From Eledone cirrhosa (lineage: Eukaryota): 64,000 nt of DNA. The notes beneath the pieces are model-generated. The model did not search any database, was not told the origin of the DNA, and was given only the letters and a program-made list of their open reading frames with translations. Location: positions 56,172,001 to 56,236,000 of the forward strand of contig OZ024746.1 in assembly GCA_964016885.1 (NCBI GenBank), given 5' to 3'. Position numbers and translations under genes: made by a program. Shown here one piece after another: positions 55,055 to 64,000 of this stretch. Position 1 is the stretch's first letter; each line of letters begins with the position of its first letter.

Positions 55055-55854
55055 TAATAAAAACTTTTGATGTATTAAAGGCTTCTTTGTTTTACTCTCT
55101 TAATATATATATATATATATTTATATATATAAATATATATATATGCATATATATATATACCTATACATATATTACATATATATATATATGATGTATATTT
55201 ATGTACGTATGTATGTTCATATATTTACAAATAAGTATATGTATGTTGGCGTGATATTACGCTAATTCCCATATCAAATCTTCACTGACTGCTCTATGTT
55301 CTTGTTATTATTATCAGACACATTTTGAGAAGTTGTAGAGCGACCTTATCAAGTGTGAGAAAAATCACAGCTGAGATATCCGTTTAATCATATTTCTATA
55401 AATCTTTTTGCTAAACAGTTCCCTCTTCCTATATAAATCGTTGGCCTCAAGTACTTAGTTTGTACTAAGTGCACCATCCGCGCTGCAAGTCTCGTCGTTG
55501 AAGGAGCTTCCACTATCAAAATTGTCATGAATTGTCCCTCTCCTGCTCCGCAACATCCTTATTTACCAAGCTCTGCTTTCGTCTCATCTATTTCATGTCT
55601 TATATAGTTTATCGTATTGTTTTCTCTTTATATCTGCGTTTTATGAAAACGTCTTTCCTTACCACCTCCTCTCATTTTCCGTTTGTCTCGTTTTTTCTCC
55701 TCTATAATTCTTTATATCATCCGGATTCTTTCATTTTGTATAAAATGAAAAATAAAATTTCAGAATATATGTATGCATTATATCATTATATATACATACA
55801 CACACACACACGCACACACACACACACGCACACGCACACACACACTCACACACT

Positions 55855-55932
<78 letters not shown>

Positions 55933-56019
55933 AAAGTAATAACCAACAACAACACAAGAGTTCAAGTTACAAAAGGTATCAGGTTCATGCATAGTGAGAA
56001 TATAAGTATATATATATAT

Positions 56020-56113
<94 letters not shown>

Positions 56114-56118
56114 TTATA

Positions 56119-56189
<71 letters not shown>

Positions 56190-56193
<4 letters not shown>

Positions 56194-56629
56194 ATATAAG
56201 ATCAAAAGATGGTTAAAGGAGTTCCATGTATTTTATTATGCGCATTTCAAAAACAAACATCATCATGCAATAATATTTGTGTTTTCATCAGATAAAACAG
56301 GAGAACATGATATGAAGGCTAAAAAACACTTGTGGATAGTGCAGTTTTAAATCAACATATGAAAAAAACACTTTTCATATGTTGATTTAAAACTGCACTA
56401 TCCACAAGTGTTTTTTAGCCTTCATATCATGTTCTCCTGTTTTATCTGATGAAAACACAAATATTATTGCATGATGATGTTTGTTTTTGAGATGCGCATA
56501 ATAAAATACATGGAACTCCTTTAACCATCTTTTGATCTTATATTATGTATACTCCAGTCCTACAAACTGTAGAGTGCTTCTTATCCGATATCTGCATTGC
56601 TTTATTGTACTACAATAAAACTCACCTCC

Positions 56630-56632
<3 letters not shown>
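56190..56632 (+). mobile_element. Near-perfect ~360-bp palindrome (56190-56547) plus tail, with a hammerhead in each arm
   Basis: The arms are reverse complements around ~56368; a unique tail runs to 56632; (TA)n flanks. Confidence 0.85.
56231..56297 (-). ncRNA. Type I hammerhead ribozyme (left arm)
   Basis: Minus strand TTTTAT-CTGATGA-AAACA...TGTTTTT-GAAA-TGCGCA-TA-ATAAAA; palindromic ATGCGCAT, AUA site. The right-arm copy at 56440-56506 has GAAA>GAGA. Confidence 0.78.
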
Positions 56633-56697
<65 letters not shown>

Positions 56698-56819
56698 ATT
56701 ATATATATATATATTATTCTCTGCAATGTATACATATAAACACTACGTAGACGCCTGATTGTGTTGATATTTAAATATTTTAAGTGCGTTGTTAATGTAG
56801 ACATTCATTATATATACAT

Positions 56820-56961
<142 letters not shown>

Positions 56962-57494
56962 GTATAATCAAATATATTGTCTTAATTAGTGTATGATTAT
57001 CTAAAGAACTTTCTGAATATTTGTATCTAGTTATTTGTAGGTTGCACAGCTGTATTCATAATAGCGCGTGTTAAAGAGTTGGCGTAATCGCACAAGAACA
57101 CTCTTTGAACGTATATAAGTATGGTTGTTTCTACTTTTGGCACAAGGTCAGCAATTATTCAGTGTATTACTGTTACAATATATTATCTACCCCAATAAAA
57201 CAGCAGAATTTATATAAGTATAGTGCTACTGCACTTGTAACTATATGTTATCACACATGCTTCCTAACCTCGTAAAAATATGATGACATGAATATAGAAA
57301 TTCTTTGTGACCCAATGCGTTGCGGAGGGTGTTCGCTACACTTATGCTAGCAATGATCAACATCAGAAATTAATATCACCAGGATTACAGCCCCTCATCT
57401 TAAATAGGAAAGTCGTTCTGAGCGTAAAATAGTGACATGGGTGAAATACATTAAAAGCTTAGCTGTGATGTTCGAAGGCTGTCATTATTTAGAA

Positions 57495-57905
57495 GTGGAT
57501 TGGCAGTATCTGTAGAGGGTCGGACGCCATGCTTTGCAGCATAGAGTTAAGCCCCCTTATGATCTGAGTTCAAATCCCGCCGAGGTTAATTTGCCTTTCA
57601 TCCTTACTGGGTCGATAAAATAAAGTACCAGTCACGCACTGAGGTCGATTTAATCGAATTTCCCCTCCCCCAAATTTGCTGGCCTTGTGCTTATATAAGA
57701 AATCATTATTTAGATGTGGATTGGCAGTATCGGTAGAGGGTCGGACGACATGCTTTGACGCATAGAGTTACGGCCCTTGACATTCTGAGTTCAAATCCCG
57801 CCGAGCTTAACTTTGCCTTTCTTCCTTACGGGGGTCGATAAAATAAAGTACCAGTAATGCACTGGTGGATTGCTGGCCCTGTGCCAAAAGTAGAATCAAT
57901 TATTT
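57495..57905 (+). mobile_element. Two tandem tRNA-derived SINEs (57495-57710, 57716-57905)
   Basis: Two consecutive gtggattggcagtatc...ctgagttcaaatcccgccgag...agaa(a/t)ca(t/a)ttatt units. Confidence 0.9.
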
Positions 57906-57982
57906 AGAATCGGAAAGAACAATATAATTCAGCATTGTATTTCTTCAGTAACCTTATTTAAGGAAAGTGATATTCACGTAAT

Positions 57983-58190
57983 AATTGTTTCTACTTTAGG
58001 CACAAGGCCAGCAATTTTGGGGTGTGGGAAACTCAATGAAACTGATCACAGTACATTACTGGGGTTTATTTTATCGACCCTGTAAGGATGAAAGACAAAT
58101 CTACCCTCAGTGGGAATAAAACTCGAAACGTAAAGGGCAGGAACTCTATGCCACGAAGAATGTGTCCGACGCTCTACCGATACTGCCTCA
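57983..58190 (-). mobile_element. tRNA-derived SINE
   Basis: Minus-strand family core. Confidence 0.8.
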
Positions 58191-58199
58191 AGCCCGACA

Positions 58200-59935
58200 T
58201 TAATAATTGTTTCTAATTGAGGCACAATGCCAGTAATTTGAAAGGAAAGGGACTGTCGATTAAATCGACCCCAATGTTTACTCAGACTCAGACCGAGAAG
58301 CTCACGCGTCTTGCGACGCATGAGGCAATCATAGTGTTCCACCCCGTTCGGTCAGCAGCCAGTTGCACAGCGTCCCGCCATTGTCTGTTTGTCGCTCGCA
58401 GGTCCCTCTCAACTGTCTGGCGCCAGTTCATTTTGGGTCGCCCTCTCCGTCTGCTTCCCTGTGGGTTCCAATTAATTACTTGGTTCACCAGTCTCTCCGG
58501 GGGAAGTCTTAAAGCGTACCCAAACCAGGCCAGGCGTCGCTTGCAGATGGCAGAAGAGACTAGCTGCTGGTTGGTGCGGTTCCTGACTTCCTGGTTTGTT
58601 ACATGGTCACTCCATTTAATCCCCAGGATCTTTCGCAGACACCTGGAATCGAATGCGTTCAATTTCTTCTCTTGGCTGGTCTTAAGGTGCCATGTTTCAC
58701 TTCCGTACAAGAGAGTGGACAGCACGTTGCTGTTGTAGAATCTCATCTTTGTTTTGAGGGTGAACTTCCTGCTCTTCCAGATCTTGACAAGCTGGTTAAA
58801 TGCTGCTGAAGCCTTTCCCATTCTACATTGCAATTCACTGTCCATGGCGCCCCCATTGTCAATGGAGCTTCCTAGGTAGGTGAAGTTGTCCACTATGTCC
58901 ACCTCCCCCTGTTCAATGAAAACACCAGTTGGTGATGGGTGTGTCACAGATAACATGCTTCCTGCTTCGACATTGATATTGTTCATAATGATTTGCAGGT
59001 CAGCTGTGCTCTCTGCAAGTGGAACAATATCGTCCGCAAAGTCCAGGTCAGACAACTTTTGCTCTCCCACCCAAGATATGCCCTGGTCTTTAGACACTCT
59101 TCTTAGTACCCTGTCAATGGCTATGGCAAAGAGAATTGGAGAGAGCGAGCAACCCTGACGCACACCAGTAACCACCTCAAACCAGTCACTGTAACCATCA
59201 TCTGTCCGTATGCAGCACTTGGAGTTTGCGTAAATCTGTTTGATTGCCGAAATGACTTTCTGGGGCAGACCAAACTCATGCATGATGTTCCAGTGTGACG
59301 ATCGATGAATGCTATCGAATGCTTTGGAGAAATCGATGAAGCTGACGGCGAGGGGCCTCTGGAATTCGTTGTACCTCTCAATGATGCGGCGTAACGTAAA
59401 GATCTGCTCTGCACAGGAACGTTTTGGTTGGAACCCTGCCTGTTGTTCTCGCAGTTCCCGGTCAACCATGCCACGTATGAGGGTCAGGATCATCAGACAA
59501 TAGACCTTCCCTGGTATGGAGAGAAGTGTCACACCTCTCCAGTTGTCACAATCGGCAAGGTTGCCCTTCTTGGGGATACAGACAACCGCTTCGTTTCTCC
59601 AATCTTGTGGGACATCACCAGTGTTCCATAAAAGATTACATAAGTGGCCCATCCACTTGATCATGCTTTCGCCTCCTGACTTCAGCATTTCAGCAGAAAT
59701 GCCATCCATACCTGGTGAATTGTTATTCTTAAGGGTTTTGATGGCCATGCGGACTTCCTTCTCGGTGAAGTCATCAGTATTGATAGGCAACATACTAGTA
59801 GGTTCCTTAGTGTCTGCTGGCACACGTGGCTCCGGTCGGTTTACTGGTTTACTTTATTTCCTAGACCCCGTAAAAGGCCGTAACATTATGCTGCAGAACA
59901 TGTTGTCTGACGCTCTACCGATACTGCCAATCAAC
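58200..59935 (-). mobile_element. SINE split by an RTE insertion (3' part 58200-58282, 5' part 59839-59935)
   Basis: SINE halves flank the RTE; GTTTACT is duplicated at 58276-58282 and 59839-59845. Confidence 0.7.
58288..59823 (-). CDS. RTE-clade LINE reverse transcriptase, 5'-truncated, open 511-aa frame
   Basis: SPGMDGISAEMLK, NWRGVTLLS, QAGF, FIDFSKAFDSI, GVRQGCSLSP, LDFADD, YLGS, LLYGSETW, RRRGRPK; short (CTGAGT)n tail. Confidence 0.9.
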   Translation of the reverse strand: MPADTKEPTSMLPINTDDFTEKEVRMAIKTLKNNNSPGMDGISAEMLKSGGESMIKWMGHLCNLLWNTGDVPQDWRNEAVVCIPKKGNLADCDNWRGVTLLSIPGKVYCLMILTLIRGMVDRELREQQAGFQPKRSCAEQIFTLRRIIERYNEFQRPLAVSFIDFSKAFDSIHRSSHWNIMHEFGLPQKVISAIKQIYANSKCCIRTDDGYSDWFEVVTGVRQGCSLSPILFAIAIDRVLRRVSKDQGISWVGEQKLSDLDFADDIVPLAESTADLQIIMNNINVEAGSMLSVTHPSPTGVFIEQGEVDIVDNFTYLGSSIDNGGAMDSELQCRMGKASAAFNQLVKIWKSRKFTLKTKMRFYNSNVLSTLLYGSETWHLKTSQEKKLNAFDSRCLRKILGIKWSDHVTNQEVRNRTNQQLVSSAICKRRLAWFGYALRLPPERLVNQVINWNPQGSRRRGRPKMNWRQTVERDLRATNRQWRDAVQLAADRTGWNTMIASCVARRVSFSV

Positions 59936-60132
59936 TGTCTTTATCTAATAATGGACATCCGAAAGTTCGATGATAATATTCTGAGTGTTTGTTCAATGCA
60001 ACAACCATATCAGGTATTTAACGTGTAACTGGTTGCGCATTCCACAGTAGAATTCACATTCGAAAAGAATGTGCAAGTTGGTCCTTTAAAGTACAGATAT
60101 GTATCATGTATGTATATATACATATATGTATA

Positions 60133-60918
60133 TCTATATATAAAGTTGTATTCCTGTCTGATTCTTTCTTTGTTTGTTCACAAACTACACCTATGGTTTT
60201 GGAGATAGACCTCCATAATCATATATATTCTGAAACTATATTGCACTGGATACTTGGATAAGTATATTTCATTTTAATCAAAGGGTTCTGTGGGGCCACA
60301 AAACCACCTCTGAAACCCCCACTGAAAAGTTTTTCCCTTTGATTTATATGAAATTTAAACCATATGTAAATGACAAGTTATGATGCTTGTACACAACATT
60401 TCAGCAAATTTCAATAATATTAAGACACCCTATGGGCGTTAGACCCCTTATTAGGGTTCCCCGGAGGCACAAACCCCTGCTGAACTTTATTCCTTTCGAT
60501 TTATATAGATGTAAAACATAGGTAAATGAAAAGATATGATGCCTATTCACAAAAGTTTTGTATTGATATGTTTAAAAAAATTATTTACAAGAAACAAAAT
60601 AAGGATAATATTTAATAATGTAATTTTGATTTGATATATTACAAAAAATAATTGTTTCTACTTTAGGCACAAGACCAGCAATTACCCAGTGCATTACTGG
60701 TACTTTATTTTATCGACCCCGTAAGGATGAAAGGCAAAGTCAACATCGGCGGGATAAAATAATGTTTGCCAATATTTCATGCATTACATTTTACATTGAG
60801 TAATATTCAAATGCAGAGTTTACACGATAAATTATATCATTGATTTAAAATCAATCATCATTTACTTACACAAAAGAGAAAATTGTTAAACGCAGCATGG
60901 CGGGGTTAATTCGGCTAG
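60133..60918 (+). mobile_element. Probable non-autonomous Helitron with internal ~160-bp duplication and nested SINE fragment (60650-60755)
   Basis: Starts A|TCTATATATAAAG and ends with GC-rich cgcagcatggcgggg followed by CTAG|T. Confidence 0.5.
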
Positions 60919-60944
60919 TATATATATATATATATATATATATA

Positions 60945-61848
60945 GGGTGGGTAAAATTCCCGCGATCCATGGACGAATTCTCTCAAGCGGTCCCTCATTA
61001 ACGCTCGCTGCCATGTCCTGCGTCTCCAACAGACCCGTCTCTGTCCTCAGGACATCAACATACGTTAACCTTGGTATTCCTCTTCCAATGTGTCCATGAA
61101 GCGGCTCCCACAGGAGCACTGAATGCAATGTCAACTCTGGATGTCGGTGAGCATGTCCACCTAACCTCAGTCTCCTCTGTGTCACATTTCAGCTGACTTT
61201 TGGGAGACTCCCATACAGCTCTGAGCTTTTCATCCTCAGTGTATACTGATTAAAGTTCAGAGCCATCCTCAGCCTTCTCGCGTAGCATCTATCCACCATC
61301 TGAGTGATTTTCTTCTTCAGTATCCAAGATCCGTACAGCAGCACAGACTCAACTACAGCAATGAAGAGGAGGACTTTCATGTCTTTACGAAGGTCCGACT
61401 TCCACACCGATCTCAAGCTGTGGCATGCCGCACACTCTTTGCTCTTCCTCTCAATCACATCATCTTCCATATTCCCAAACTTTGCTCCCACATACAGGAA
61501 GTCCTCAACCTATTCTAGCGGCTTCCCGCCTGCATTAGTAATCCCCTCTGGCTTCTGAACATTCTCTACCAGATATTTTGTTTTAGTCTCATTCATTCTC
61601 AGCCCCACACTCATCGACACTGTCTCAACCTCCTGCATTAAATTCTCTGCCTCCTTCACTGTATTTGTCACCAAAACTATGTCGTCGGCAAATTCAGCAT
61701 CCGATATCGTTTTTGCCTTAACTCTCCTGCTCTGAGCCGGTGCTACAGTAAAGCCAGAGTCAGTGCAAGGTGCATACAATAGTCCACTACGATGATAAAA
61801 AGGTAGGGAGCCAATGATCTCCCTGGAGTACTCCAGCCAGTATCTCAA
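60945..61848 (-). pseudogene. RTE-like LINE 3' half (RT C-terminal part)
   Basis: EILAGVLQGD, FIIVVDYCM, DAEFADDI, VESVLLYGS, RRLRLGGHAHRHPE, GRGIPRLTYVD. Confidence 0.85.
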
Positions 61849-63947
61849 GGACATATGGAGAGTCTATCTAACAGCACTCTGGTTAGAGACCCTAATTACA
61901 CTGTTAAGGAGCAGTCTGATCGTTATGACTGCTGGCTTAAAGCCACAGGGAGGGCCAGTGGATGATGGATTAGCTGTCTGTGAGACAAATATAAAGAATG
62001 TAGTTTTGTCCTGCAGAAGACCCATCAAAATGGGCATTAGAATGTGAGGACTATTCGGACGCTGGAGAAGAGGAAGGAGTTAGGACATCTGTTCGAGGAG
62101 AGTGGTATACAGATACTTGCGATCCAAGAACACAGGATCCTATACGATGAGCACGTGAGGAGTGTGATGATTGGGAAAATGAGCCAGCTCATCACCTCAT
62201 CGGCAGTGAGAAACATGACCAATACTGCAGTGGGAGGAGTGGGTTTTGTTTTCAGCACAAAAACCAGTCTATTGGTGAGGGAAATACTAGCTGTCTCCCT
62301 GCGAGTGTTGAGGGTGACCGTCAATGGAAATCCAAGACTGAGAGTCATCTAAGCCTATAGTCCAAAAGAGGGAGACACTGATGTGAGTGCAGAAGAGTTC
62401 CATGAGGAGGTGTGTAGGGCTGTCAACACCACACAAGCACACAACATCCTGCTTGCTTTGGGGGACTTCAATGCACATATGAGTAAGGAGGGCAGTGAAG
62501 ATCCTTGCTGGTACTTCCATAACAACACCAACCGAAATGGAAGACTACTGAGAGATACCCTGCTGGAGGTGAACTTGGTAGCGACCAACCTAAGGTTTAG
62601 GAAGAATCCGGGGAAGATGTGGACCTACTTCTCATATATGCACCTGTCCAAGTCCCAGATTAATTTCATTCTGGTGAGGAAAAACTGGCGGAATAGTGTT
62701 CTGAACACAGAACCATACAACTATTTCAGTACTCTGGGTATTGACCACCGGCTTCTTATGAGTGCGGTCCGGGTGAGCTCAAGAAAGAGTAAGGCTCAGC
62801 CCCGGAGAGCAATCTATGACTGGGGAGCTTTCAAGGAAGATGATAAGCTACAGGAAAGGTTCACAGTGGAAGTGAGGAACAGGTTCAGTGCTGTGTTGAG
62901 AGACAGATGAGAGAGATATTGGATGTACTGAGGAGAGTGTGACGAGGAGGTACAGGCACTTCACCAATGCAGGGTGGAAGCAAGTGAGACCCTGGTGCCG
63001 AGGATAAAGAAAAATAGGAAGCACGTCAGCTCTGCAGATCCCAAAGTGTGTGCAGCCAGAGAACACCTGAAAGCTGCCAAGGACCAATTCTATGCTGATC
63101 ATACGGAGGAGAGGATGGAGACTGTGGTGGCCAGAGATGAGGCACTGATAAAGAAGATCAGAAGTGTGGAGAGAGCGGTTGACAGGTCTGGATGTGAGGA
63201 GAGCTGGATGATCATCAACGAGATCACAAGGAGGAAGAGAAGGTGTTCGAGTCAGATCCAGGGAACAGGGCCCGAGGATAGGAAGAGGAAATGGCTAGAC
63301 CATTTCAGGACCCTATTTGGAGAGACGCCCTCCACAGGCCAGAGCACTGGAGAGATCAGGCGGCTGTTTGAAGAACTGGATATTGAGACAGAGCCCTTCA
63401 CCATAGAGGAGCTTCAGAGAGCCAAGAAGAAGATCAAGGAGGGCAAGGCTCATGGCGAAGATGAATTGGCATCAGAGGTGATGAAGAGGTGTGATTTTGA
63501 TGATATTATCATGGGGTTCTCTAACCAGGCACTGGAGAAAGAAGTTGCCCCGAATCAGTGGTGGATCAGTAACATCGTCCCACTGCCACAGAAGGGGATC
63601 TCTCTAACACCAGCAACTACAGGGGGGTTTTCACTGACGTCATTTGTGGCAAAGACACTCAACCGGATGATTCTTAACAAGATCCAGCCTAAGGTGTAGA
63701 AAAAGCTCAGGGACATCCAAAACGGCTTCAGCGAGGGAGGATAAACCACCAGTCACATCCTGATACTGAGGAGGTCATGGTTTTCATTGACGTTAGGAAG
63801 GTCTTTGATTTTGTGGACCGTCACTGCCTGATGGAGATCTTACAGGCTTATGGAATCCCCAAAATGATAGTGGACCTGATATCACTGCTATACACCAAAA
63901 CCAAAGCCGAAGTCATTACACCTAATGGGATGACAAAGTTCTTTGAG

Positions 63948-63950
<3 letters not shown>
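61849..63950 (+). pseudogene. RTE-like LINE 5' half (APE and RT N-terminal part), inverted relative to its 3' half
   Basis: NVRTI, AIQEHR, GVGF, LGDFNAH, IDHR, IVPLPQKG, KTLNRMILN, VITPNGMTKFFEI. Confidence 0.85.
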
Positions 63951-63985
<35 letters not shown>

Positions 63986-64000
63986 GTATAAACATGCGTA

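Overview
AT-rich, microsatellite-laden eukaryotic intergenic or intronic DNA, most likely from an octopus or other cephalopod (inferred from the abundant tRNA-derived SINE family). I found no supportable host gene. Four components stand out. (1) Two convergent head-to-tail arrays of near full-length but frameshifted Tx1/L1-clade LINEs (19161-31803 +, 37918-49745 -), each copy starting in the (ATT)n tail of the preceding element or SINE. (2) Other TE remnants: an RTE inserted in a SINE, an RTE-like LINE with a precise twin-priming-type inversion, an R4/Dong-like RT relic, a mariner relic, a probable non-autonomous Helitron, and a Penelope GIY-YIG endonuclease relic. (3) About a dozen SINE copies. 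(4) The most notable signal: at least eight dissimilar families of short non-coding elements, most sitting in (TA)n tracts and most built as an inverted arm plus direct or tandem units, which carry type I hammerhead ribozyme motifs usually with a self-complementary stem III. They include a near-identical 591-bp tandem array whose core has a compensatory U3-A8 pair, a ~537-bp tandem array and a 430-bp unit. They look like Penelope-pLTR-derived, retrozyme-like parasites. All ribozyme calls are from pairing by eye; activity is untested.
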